This document shows positions 52,827 to 61,389 of a stretch of DNA of 64,000 nucleotides, piece by piece. The stretch comes from an uncultured Anaerolineales bacterium (GTDB taxonomy: Bacteria; Chloroflexota; Anaerolineae; B4-G1), in NCBI GenBank assembly GCA_964444825.1, contig CAYUIS010000003.1, forward strand, positions 5,088-69,087, given 5' to 3'. The notes under the pieces are model-generated. The model did no database searches, was not told where the DNA came from, and worked only from the letters and a program-made list of their open reading frames with translations. The translations under genes and the position numbers were made by a program. Position 1 is the stretch's first letter; every line of letters begins with the position of its first letter.

Positions 52827-53780
52827 ATGTCGGATAAATCGTGTGTGTTGTTTGGCGAGATATGTCGCAAAGATGTATCAGTGGCTGGAGGCAAAGGGGC
52901 CAACCTCGGGGATATGGTTCAGGCCAATCTCCCCGTTCCGCCTGGTTTTGTCATCTGCGCCCCGGCCTACCGGGAGGTGGTGCAGCGTTGTGACCTGACA
53001 ACCAGGATCGAAGGGATGTTAGCAGGTGTGGATCACGGCGATAGCGCACAACTCCAGGCGGTCGAAGGGCAGATCCGCGAACTGTTCGAGGACATCCCGA
53101 TTGCGGGTGAACTGCACCACGTGATCGTGGAACGGTACCGCGCCCTGGGTGAAAACGTGCCGGTGGCGGTTCGATCGAGCGCCACCGCCGAGGATCTGGC
53201 CGGAGCCAGCTTTGCCGGACAGCAGGAGACGTTCCTGAACGTGGTAGGCGAGGTGGAACTGCTCGACGCGGTGCGTCGATGCTGGTCCTCCCTCTACACC
53301 TCCCGGGCCATCTTTTACCGGCAACAGAGAGGCTTTGGCGATGTCGAGGTCTCGATGGCCGTGGTTGTCCAAAAGATGGTCAACTCGGAAAAGTCCGGTG
53401 TCATCTTTACGGTAGATCCCGTCTTTCGTAACCATTATCACATGGTGATCGAGGCGGTCTGGGGCCTGGGTGAGGGCGTAGTATCAGGCGCAATCACCCC
53501 CGATCACTACAAGTTGGACCGGGAGACATACGAGATCGTTTACGAATTCGTGCCCGAAAAGCGAATCATGTTCTGCCAGGGTGACGATTGCGGCATTATC
53601 GAGATGGATGTACCGTCCGACAAGGTAACGATGCGCATCCTCACGGATGCTGAGCTACAACAACTGGTGGACATGGGCAACAAGATCGAGCAACACTTTG
53701 GCTGCCCTCAGGATATCGAATGGGGTATCGAGAACGACGACATCTATCTCCTCCAGAGCCGGCCAATCACGAATCTGTAG
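52827..53780 (+). CDS. PEP synthase/PPDK N-terminal ATP-grasp (nucleotide-binding) domain protein, phenylphosphate synthase PpsB-like
   Basis: PPDK_N motifs: VAGGKGANLGDM, VAVRSSATAEDLAGASFAGQQETFLNV, IEWGIENDDIYLLQSRPIT. No His-swivel domain (317 aa). Confidence 0.7.
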   Translation: MSDKSCVLFGEICRKDVSVAGGKGANLGDMVQANLPVPPGFVICAPAYREVVQRCDLTTRIEGMLAGVDHGDSAQLQAVEGQIRELFEDIPIAGELHHVIVERYRALGENVPVAVRSSATAEDLAGASFAGQQETFLNVVGEVELLDAVRRCWSSLYTSRAIFYRQQRGFGDVEVSMAVVVQKMVNSEKSGVIFTVDPVFRNHYHMVIEAVWGLGEGVVSGAITPDHYKLDRETYEIVYEFVPEKRIMFCQGDDCGIIEMDVPSDKVTMRILTDAELQQLVDMGNKIEQHFGCPQDIEWGIENDDIYLLQSRPITNL

Positions 53781-53794
53781 AGGATGAACCCATC

Positions 53795-54307
53795 ATGACC
53801 GATTTCATCGAGTTTGACAGCTTTCTGCAGCGAGCCTGCGAACTTGGAGCCATTGAGGCCAAGATCATCGACCCTGACAGCATCGTGATTGCTGCGTGGG
53901 TCAGGCTAAAGTGCCAGTTTGGCTGTCCGCACTACAATACGCGCCATTACTGTCCACCGCATACACCCACCCCAGAGCAGATGAAGTCTGTCATCGATTG
54001 CTACTCGGTCGCGCTCCTGTTTCACAGTCTGGGCATGGAAATCAGTCCCCTGAACCTGGCGTACGAGTTGGAGCGTGAAATCTTTCTCAGCGGGTACCAC
54101 AAGGCGCTTGGTTTTGGCGCTGGACCGTGCTGGCTGTGCAAGAAATGCAACCCTGAGAGCTGCATACATCCCTTGGAGGCTCGCCCTTCGATGGAAGCAT
54201 GCGGCATCGACGTGTATGCTACCGTCCGTGCCCACGGATTTCCCATTCAGGTCGTGAGAGACCGGTCCGAGGTGCCCAATCGCTACGGTCTGATCCTGAT
54301 CGAATAG
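53795..54307 (+). CDS. DUF2284-like predicted metal-binding protein
   Basis: Cys-rich pattern CQFGCPHYNTRHYCPP ... GPCWLCKKCNPESC ... ACG. Confidence 0.4.
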   Translation: MTDFIEFDSFLQRACELGAIEAKIIDPDSIVIAAWVRLKCQFGCPHYNTRHYCPPHTPTPEQMKSVIDCYSVALLFHSLGMEISPLNLAYELEREIFLSGYHKALGFGAGPCWLCKKCNPESCIHPLEARPSMEACGIDVYATVRAHGFPIQVVRDRSEVPNRYGLILIE

Positions 54308-54373
54308 AGGGGTGTGGCCGCTGGATAATTCCGTCTGCTGGCAAACCGCCAGAAGGAAAAGGAGGAGAATGAT

Positions 54374-55255
54374 ATGCTGCTATTGAGTGAAGAATTCGCT
54401 TCTGGTGAAGCACGTTTGCGCGTGGACGTGCACGGCTCCGGACCGTTGGAGCACGTCCTAGATGATATGACCTTCCTAAACTATCGCCTCGCCAGCGTGG
54501 AGGTTGTAGCCGAGCCGACCAGCCAAGCACCCCACCTGGTCTGGCACCGGGACGCGTCCCAGAAGAGCATCCGCTACGAGGATCAGACGCTCATCCTGGC
54601 AGGAGACTGGTTCCAGGGCGAGCTGCAAAAGATCATCGTCTCTGCACTGGCGCTCCAGATGGAGAAGGTTGGTTTGCATCCTTTCCATTCTTCGGCCGTG
54701 CGCTATCGGGACCGCACGATTATGTTTATGAGCGGTGAGGCCAATCACGGCAAAACAATGTGCCAGATCGAAGGGTGCCGGCGCGGAGGCTTGGTCGTCT
54801 CCACCGAGACCACCGTGACCGACGAGCGCGGCTGGGCGGTGATGGGTTCCAAGAACGTCTTTTTGAAGAAACGGGCCAAAGGGACCGAGCGCGCCGATAT
54901 CCCCGACGCCCAAAAAGGGGCTGCCAAGTTCTTTGATGAGACCCCCACGTTCGTCAACTATGAGAAGCCTAGCGACGTTGATTTGGTTATCCTGCCCGCC
55001 ATCGACGGCAACTTTGACACCCAGGTGGTAGAGATGACCCCATTCGAAAAAGAGTATCAGACCTACCATTCACTGGCAAACTACTTTGGCCTGGCGCAAC
55101 TGCTGGCCTCGGGTCACCCGATGCCCATGATCGACACCGACGATCTGCGAATCGCGCGCGCCGACTTTTGTTTTCGCTTTGCCAAACGTACCTACACCCT
55201 GATCCGGGCCAAGAACCCGCAGCTCTTGTTGGACGAGGTGGAGAAACTGGCGTAA
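54374..55255 (+). CDS. HPr kinase C-terminal-domain-like P-loop protein (putative small-molecule/protein kinase)
   Basis: HSSAVRYRDRTIMFMSGEANHGKTMCQIEGCRRGGLVVSTETTV resembles the HprK/P C-domain (GxSGxGKSE...RGH.LVADD) by eye. The assignment is weak. Confidence 0.35.
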   Translation: MLLLSEEFASGEARLRVDVHGSGPLEHVLDDMTFLNYRLASVEVVAEPTSQAPHLVWHRDASQKSIRYEDQTLILAGDWFQGELQKIIVSALALQMEKVGLHPFHSSAVRYRDRTIMFMSGEANHGKTMCQIEGCRRGGLVVSTETTVTDERGWAVMGSKNVFLKKRAKGTERADIPDAQKGAAKFFDETPTFVNYEKPSDVDLVILPAIDGNFDTQVVEMTPFEKEYQTYHSLANYFGLAQLLASGHPMPMIDTDDLRIARADFCFRFAKRTYTLIRAKNPQLLLDEVEKLA

Positions 55256-55317
55256 ACTGCGCGGGACAGCATCACAGATTTGATGTCTACTCGTGGTCGA
55301 GGTGAGGAGGGAAAACG

Positions 55318-56010
55318 GTGAACTCTGTACGCACACCGCGGAATTCCGAGACGGATGAAGCCCTACTATCGCGCGTCGTACTCAGTGACCAGGTCAAGGA
55401 ATTCATCATAGACGCGATCATGAGCGGCGAGTTCAAGCCTGGGGATCGCGTCGTCGAAAGCTCTCTGGCGCGCCAGCTGGGCGTCAGCCAGGCTCCAGTG
55501 CGCGAGGCGATCCGTGACCTGGTGTTACTGGGCTTTCTAGCGACAGAACCTTACAAGGGCACCTCGGTACGCTCTTTCTCTCCCGAGGAACTGTGGGAGG
55601 TCTACACCGTGCGTGCGGCCCTGGAATCGCTAGGGGCTCGTTTGGCAGCCTCTCGCCTGACCGAGGCGAATGCGGAGACGCTGCGCGAAATCCTGGACCA
55701 GATGGTTGATGCCGGTCGAAAGCACGACTTTGATCGAATGACGCAACTGGACAATGATTTTCACGGGACGATCATGCAGGTCTCGGGCAACATGCTGTTG
55801 TATCAACTGTGGCAGACGCTACGGTTTGGATATTGGACCATCGTCACTGCAAAAATGTCCAGCTTCGATCTGGAGCACCTGGCCGTCCGTCACGAAGAGC
55901 TGCTGGACGCCCTCAAGTCACGTGATCCTGAAAAGGCATCGCACGTTATGCAACACCACATCGAAGACCTGGGCAAACCACCAACGAATATAGAGGCCGA
56001 AAATGAATGA
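55318..56010 (+). CDS. GntR-family transcriptional regulator (FadR/FCD subfamily)
   Basis: The N-terminal wHTH reads VVESSLARQLGVSQAPVREAIRDLVLLGFL. The C-terminal FCD domain has His ligands. The start is GTG. Confidence 0.8.
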   Translation: MNSVRTPRNSETDEALLSRVVLSDQVKEFIIDAIMSGEFKPGDRVVESSLARQLGVSQAPVREAIRDLVLLGFLATEPYKGTSVRSFSPEELWEVYTVRAALESLGARLAASRLTEANAETLREILDQMVDAGRKHDFDRMTQLDNDFHGTIMQVSGNMLLYQLWQTLRFGYWTIVTAKMSSFDLEHLAVRHEELLDALKSRDPEKASHVMQHHIEDLGKPPTNIEAENE

Positions 56011-56497
56011 GCAGCAAGCTGTCGAGCAGGCACGCGCCACCTTTATCACCGAGGACAATATCCACGGCTGCGCCGAGACCACGCTCATGGTCCTGCAACA
56101 GGCCTATGGCTTGCCCGCTGCCACCGACTCGTCGCCGGCGATGGCCCTGAACGGCGGCGTGGCCTGGAGCGGCGGTTGCTGTGGCGCGATTACCGGGGCA
56201 GCCATGGCGGTAGGCCGCCTGGCCGCCCAACGGATCGCCGACCACAAGGAGGCCAAAAGGACTGCCCGCAGCATCATCATACACCTGATGGATGATTTCC
56301 GCGTCGCGTATGGCCACGTCAACTGCCAGGACCTGGTCGGCCTGGACATCTCATCCGAGGAAGGGCATGCCGCGTTCATCGAGGGACAGGTTTGGCATAC
56401 CGTCTGTATGGACCAGATCGAGTTCGCTCTCCGCAAACTGGTGGCGCTCCAGGACGACCAGGTCTGGCAGGAAACGATTCGTCAGTTCCGGACCTAG
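56003..56497 (+). CDS. C_GCAxxG_C_C family redox-active protein (second copy)
   Basis: HGCAETTLMVLQ ... GGCCGAITGAAMAVG ... CQDL. Confidence 0.6.
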   Translation: MNEQQAVEQARATFITEDNIHGCAETTLMVLQQAYGLPAATDSSPAMALNGGVAWSGGCCGAITGAAMAVGRLAAQRIADHKEAKRTARSIIIHLMDDFRVAYGHVNCQDLVGLDISSEEGHAAFIEGQVWHTVCMDQIEFALRKLVALQDDQVWQETIRQFRT

Positions 56498-56542
56498 TCT
56501 CCTCAGACAGGGGATACGCCATCGCGACATAGAGGAGTAGCT

Positions 56543-57910
56543 ATGCCTTTTGAGATCACCATGCCCCAATTGGGGCTGACCATGGAAACAGGGATTGTTG
56601 TCGAATGGTTGGTCAAAGAGGGGGAGCAGATTTCACCAGGCCAGGAAATCCTTGACGTCGAAACAGACAAATCTGTCGTCGCCGTCGAGGCTCGCCAGGC
56701 GGGGACCATCGCCCGTATCCTGGTGCTGCCTGGACAGGACGTGCCGGTGGGAACGGTCCTTGCGGTCGGCGTTAGCCCTGGCGAATCCCTGCCCGCCGAG
56801 TGGCAACCCGACCAGCCCGCTATGCCATCGACGCCCGCGCCCAAGCCAGTTACCCAAGGTAACCAGACGCCAGCGACTCGGGCTTTTTCCCGAGCCGGCC
56901 CCCAGCAAGTATCCTGGAAAGCCCGCAGGATGGCCCACGAGGCCGGCTTGGATCTGACAGGAGTGAACGGCAGCGGACCTGGTGGCCGGATCGTGGCCAA
57001 GGATGTAGCCCAGGCTTTGGCAACGCCGCCCGTGGAAGAACCAGCGCCGGCCAGTGTCTCCCCAGTTGCTGCCCAACTAGCGAGCACCTTGGGCTTGGAC
57101 CTGCAGCACGTGGCAGGCAGTGGCCCTGAAGGACAGATTAGACAAACTGACGTGATCGCCGCTGCGGCTGCGGTGATTCAAGGGCGGGCAGGCCCTGGCC
57201 CGAGCCCAACCCACGGACCGGCGCAGGTGGCAAAGACCATCCCGCTCACCGGCATCCGTGGCACCGTCTCCAGGCGTATGGCGGTCAGTGGTAGCACGAC
57301 GGCCCGCGTGACGCTCCTGCGGGAGGTAGACGCGACCGCGCTGATCGAACTCCGCGAGCGGTTTGTCGCGCGTCTCCAGGACACGCGGGTCTCGTATAAC
57401 GACATCCTGATTCGGATCTGCGCGGCGGTACTGCGTGAACATCCCGGCGCGAACGCGCGGATGGGCGACGGACAGATCGAGTGGCTTGATCAGATCAACG
57501 TCGGTCTTGCGGTAGACACGGACCAGGGCTTGTTGGTGCCGGTGGTCTACAATGCGGACACGCTGACCATTCCACAGATAGCCGCCAGAAGCGCCAGCTT
57601 AATCGAGGCTGCCCGTTCGGGTCGCTGCCTCCCCGACGAACTCACGGGAGGCACGTTCACGATCACGAACCTGGGAATGTTCAGGGTCGAGGGGTTCACG
57701 CCGGTGATCAACCTGCCAGAGTGCTGTATCTTGGGCGTGGGGTGTTTCGTACGCAAGCCGGTGGTCGTGGACGAACATGATACGGTGGCTGTACGGCCAA
57801 TGATGGCCCTCAGCCTCGCATTCGATCATCGGGTCATTGATGGCGCTGCTGCGGCCCGTTTCCTGGATGACATCGCGCAACTGATCCAGGACCCGTTGTT
57901 GTTGCTGTAA
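56543..57910 (+). CDS. Dihydrolipoamide acyltransferase (E2) of a 2-oxoacid/acetoin dehydrogenase complex
   Basis: The lipoyl domain carries DVETDKSV. The PSBD reads PAARKLAHEAGLDL-like (ARRMAHEAGLDLTGVNGSGPGGRIVAKDV). The catalytic domain ends in DHRVIDGA. Confidence 0.85.
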   Translation: MPFEITMPQLGLTMETGIVVEWLVKEGEQISPGQEILDVETDKSVVAVEARQAGTIARILVLPGQDVPVGTVLAVGVSPGESLPAEWQPDQPAMPSTPAPKPVTQGNQTPATRAFSRAGPQQVSWKARRMAHEAGLDLTGVNGSGPGGRIVAKDVAQALATPPVEEPAPASVSPVAAQLASTLGLDLQHVAGSGPEGQIRQTDVIAAAAAVIQGRAGPGPSPTHGPAQVAKTIPLTGIRGTVSRRMAVSGSTTARVTLLREVDATALIELRERFVARLQDTRVSYNDILIRICAAVLREHPGANARMGDGQIEWLDQINVGLAVDTDQGLLVPVVYNADTLTIPQIAARSASLIEAARSGRCLPDELTGGTFTITNLGMFRVEGFTPVINLPECCILGVGCFVRKPVVVDEHDTVAVRPMMALSLAFDHRVIDGAAAARFLDDIAQLIQDPLLLL

Positions 57911-58105
57911 CTAGCTTCACAATGTCACATGTCACATTTCATCAAGATGCCCGTTCTTGCTCAAAGGGGATCGTCAGATCCCCGTCTCAGGCGCTGAGCA
58001 TGCTGCACAGAGCCGAAATCTGGCGATCCCTGGCGAGCGACGAGAAATGATCACCGAATGTGACATTGTCAAGGGATGGCCGTTATTCACACAGGCAGAG
58101 GAGTT

Positions 58106-59134
58106 ATGAACAACGAGATAAGAGAAGAGATCACTGAGAGTCCTCCCAAAGATCTGGCGCGCGAACAGTTATTGTCCATGTACCGGCGTATGCGACTGAT
58201 CCGAGGTTTTGAAGATACGGCTCAAAGGTATTTTGAAGCGGGCGAGATTGCCGGCTTTCTGCACCTATCACAAGGACAAGAAGCGGTGCCGGTGGGCACG
58301 TGTGCGGCCCTGCGTAGCGACGACTATATCACCAGCACACACCGAGGACACGGTGACGTTATCGCAAAGGGCTGCGAGGTCAAATACATGTTCGCTGAGC
58401 TGTACGGTCGTACCACCGGCTACTGCAAAGGCAAAGGTGGCTCCATGCACATCGCGGACTTTAGCCAGGGGATCATTGGCGCGAACGCCATCGTCAGCGG
58501 CGGCCTGCCCATCGCGCTGGGAGCTGCCCTCTCCATCAAGCTGCGGTGCACTGACCAGGTTGCGGTCTGTTTCTTTGGCGATGGCGCCACTGCAGAGGGT
58601 GCCTTCCACGAAGCACTGAACCTATCCTCACTTTGGCAAGTGCCCATGATCTTTGTCTGTCAGAACAACCTGTATGGTCTATCACAGCCCTGGGAAAAGA
58701 CGGCTTACGAGTGCGAGCTGCCACGCAGGGTGTCCACCTACAACATACCGGCCGAATGCGTAGATGGGATGGACGTCATCGTCGTGTATCAGGCAGTCAA
58801 GAAAGCCGTCGACCGCGCCAGGGCAGGCGGAGGCCCCACCTTTATCGAAGCCAAGACGTATCGCTTCCTGGGTCACTATGTGGGTGATCCGGCCCTCTAC
58901 ATGCCCCAGGAGGAGCGGGATGCCTGGCGCAAGCGGGACGCGATCCTCAAGTTGGGACGACAACTCCGCACCTGGAAATACATCACCGACGAAGAGGATG
59001 AACAGATGGACACCGACGTCGAGACTGAACTGGCAGAAGGTGTCAAGTTTGCCAGATCAAGCCCGATCCCTGAGCCTGAAGAGGCGCTTGCCGACCTTTA
59101 CGTGCACTTTGATCATCAGGGCAATCCGCTGTAG
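58106..59134 (+). CDS. TPP-dependent E1 alpha subunit (acetoin/pyruvate dehydrogenase type)
   Basis: TPP-binding motif GDGATAEGAFHEALNLSSLWQVPMIFVCQNNLYG, and YRFLGHYVGD. Confidence 0.85.
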   Translation: MNNEIREEITESPPKDLAREQLLSMYRRMRLIRGFEDTAQRYFEAGEIAGFLHLSQGQEAVPVGTCAALRSDDYITSTHRGHGDVIAKGCEVKYMFAELYGRTTGYCKGKGGSMHIADFSQGIIGANAIVSGGLPIALGAALSIKLRCTDQVAVCFFGDGATAEGAFHEALNLSSLWQVPMIFVCQNNLYGLSQPWEKTAYECELPRRVSTYNIPAECVDGMDVIVVYQAVKKAVDRARAGGGPTFIEAKTYRFLGHYVGDPALYMPQEERDAWRKRDAILKLGRQLRTWKYITDEEDEQMDTDVETELAEGVKFARSSPIPEPEEALADLYVHFDHQGNPL

Positions 59135-59148
59135 GGAGAGAAAAGAGT

Positions 59149-60135
59149 ATGCGTGAGATCACATATCGAGACGCGTTAAAAGAAGCATTGCGTGAGGAGA
59201 TGCTGCGCGACGAGCGCGTATTCGTCATGGGGGAAGACATCGCCGATCCCTTCGGCAGCGCCTACAAGGTCACGCTGGGACTGTCCCCGGAATTCGGCAC
59301 CGATCGCGTCATACAGACCCCTATCAGCGAAGAAGGATTCGTCGGCGCGGGTGTTGGCGCTGCCCTGACGGGTATGCGGCCGGTTATTGAATTGATGTAC
59401 ATTGACTTTGCAACGATGGCGATGGACCCAATCGCGAACCAAGCAGCCAAGCTGCGCTACATGTCGGGGGGACAGGCCAAGGTTCCCCTGGTTATCCGCA
59501 CCCAAGGTGGCCCGGGAAGATCGTCAGCCGCGCAGCACGCGCAGAGTCTGGAGGCCTGGTTCCTACACATACCGGGTCTTTTGGTCGCGATGCCGTCCAC
59601 GCCCTACGACGCCAAAGGGCTGCTCAAGACGGCCATTCGCCTGGATGACCCGGTCATGTTCATCGAGCAAAAGCTGCTCTACAACACACAAGGCCCGGTG
59701 CCGGAAGAGGAGTACACGATTCCCTTTGGGGTGGCCGACATCAAGCGTGAGGGAAGCGACTGCACCGTCGTCGCCACCTCGATGGCCGTCGTCAAGGCTC
59801 TGCGGGCCGCCGAACTGCTGGAGAAAGAGGGCATCAGTATTGAAGTGGTCGATCCGCGCACGCTCTTCCCGCTGGATATCGACACCATCGTCGCGTCGGT
59901 GAAAAAGACGTCGCGGCTGGTAGTAACCCACGAAGCGCCAGAGCGGGGCGGTTTTGCGGCCGAGGTGGTGGCCCAGGTTGCCGACGGGGCGTTTGGCTAT
60001 ATCGACGCACCGATTCAGCGCGTCTGCGCGCCTTCCGTTCCCCCACCGTTTGCCCGTAATATGGAAGACTATACCATGATCGACGAGCACAAGATCGCGG
60101 ACCGCGCGCGCAAACTCGTCCGAGGTGAAATCTAG
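59149..60135 (+). CDS. E1 beta subunit (transketolase-like) of the same complex
   Basis: REITYRDAL...VFVMGEDI...GTDRVIQTPISEEGFVGAGVGAALTGMRPV. The C-terminal domain reads EVVDPRTLFPLD. Confidence 0.85.
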   Translation: MREITYRDALKEALREEMLRDERVFVMGEDIADPFGSAYKVTLGLSPEFGTDRVIQTPISEEGFVGAGVGAALTGMRPVIELMYIDFATMAMDPIANQAAKLRYMSGGQAKVPLVIRTQGGPGRSSAAQHAQSLEAWFLHIPGLLVAMPSTPYDAKGLLKTAIRLDDPVMFIEQKLLYNTQGPVPEEEYTIPFGVADIKREGSDCTVVATSMAVVKALRAAELLEKEGISIEVVDPRTLFPLDIDTIVASVKKTSRLVVTHEAPERGGFAAEVVAQVADGAFGYIDAPIQRVCAPSVPPPFARNMEDYTMIDEHKIADRARKLVRGEI

Positions 60136-60156
60136 AAAAAGAGCAGGGAGGATCAG

Positions 60157-61185
60157 ATGGGAAAGGTGAAAGTTGGGGTCTGTGGATACGGTGCCGTCGG
60201 ACAGCGATTGGCCGACGGAGCAGCCCGGCAAGGAGATATGGAGCTGGTGGGCATCGTCGACGTAGCGCCCACTCTGGCCGTCAGGGCCCTCCACGAGAGC
60301 GGCATGGCCTTCGATCTGTATCTGGTCGACATGTCGCGCAAGCCCGAGTTCGACGCCCTCGGGATACCCATTGCAGGCTCGTTCGACGATCTGCTGGAGC
60401 AGGTGGACGTCGCGTTGGACGCCACGCCCGCCGGCATCGGCGCTAAGAACAAGGTCATGTATGAAAAGCACGGCGTCAAGGCCATCTTTCAGGCCGGCGA
60501 AAAGAACGACATCGTCGATGTCTTTTTCCACGGCTACGCCAACTATGAGAAAGGCATCGGCCAGAGCTTTTTGAAACTGACCTCGTGCAACACCACCGGC
60601 CTGATCCGGGCGGTCGATGCCCTGGACCGCGAGGTCGGCGTGGAAAAGGTGGCCATCACCATCATTCGCCGCGTGGCCGATCCCGGCGACACACATCGCG
60701 GCCTGGTGGACGTGCTCATGGTCGATCCGGTACCCAATCACCAGGCAGAAGACCTGATGCTCATCATGCCCCACGTGCACGCGACCGGACTCCTGGTGCA
60801 CACGCCAGTGACGCACGGGCACATCATCAGCCTGGTCGCCACCCCGAAAAAGTCGATCAGCAAGACATCGTTCCTCGACATCTGCCGCGCCCACCCGCGA
60901 ATCCGCGTGTTCCGCATCGCCGACGGGTTCAACTCGAACACGTCGCTGTGGAAGTACGCCCGCGACATGGGAAACAAGCGGGGCGATATGTACGAGATCG
61001 GCGTGTGGGAGGAGTGCGTCGGCATGTCGGGCAAGGACATCCTGTTTGCCATCAACATCCCGCAGGAACCGGTGACCACGCCAGAGACGCTGGATGGCGT
61101 GCGGGCTGCCATGAAGATGCAGACGGACCGCCTGGAGGCAGTGGGCCAGACCAACAAGTATCTGGGCCTGGCGCCGGGCCGCTAA
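60157..61185 (+). CDS. gap: Type II (archaeal-type) NAD(P)-dependent glyceraldehyde-3-phosphate dehydrogenase
   Basis: The N-terminus KVKVGVCGYGAVGQRLADGAARQGDMELVGI is followed by ..TPAGIGAKNKVMYEKHGVKAIFQAGEK.. and the active-site SCNTTGL. All match archaeal class II GAPDH rather than the bacterial class I form (which has SCTTNC). Confidence 0.75.
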   Translation: MGKVKVGVCGYGAVGQRLADGAARQGDMELVGIVDVAPTLAVRALHESGMAFDLYLVDMSRKPEFDALGIPIAGSFDDLLEQVDVALDATPAGIGAKNKVMYEKHGVKAIFQAGEKNDIVDVFFHGYANYEKGIGQSFLKLTSCNTTGLIRAVDALDREVGVEKVAITIIRRVADPGDTHRGLVDVLMVDPVPNHQAEDLMLIMPHVHATGLLVHTPVTHGHIISLVATPKKSISKTSFLDICRAHPRIRVFRIADGFNSNTSLWKYARDMGNKRGDMYEIGVWEECVGMSGKDILFAINIPQEPVTTPETLDGVRAAMKMQTDRLEAVGQTNKYLGLAPGR

Positions 61186-61389
61186 GCACCTATCCTATAA
61201 TCGCTCTAGCCCTCGTCCTCGGGGGGCGAATCAGACCCCAGAGACAGGGGGGGGGCGAGCGAATTCACGGATAGATTCTACGCTGCCACCGACGGTAGTA
61301 GCGAGAGCGCAGAGAGCCTGCAGAGCAACCGGTCAGTCACGAGGGTGACCGGCGCTCTGCGCTTCTTGATACAACAAGGGAGATAGACT

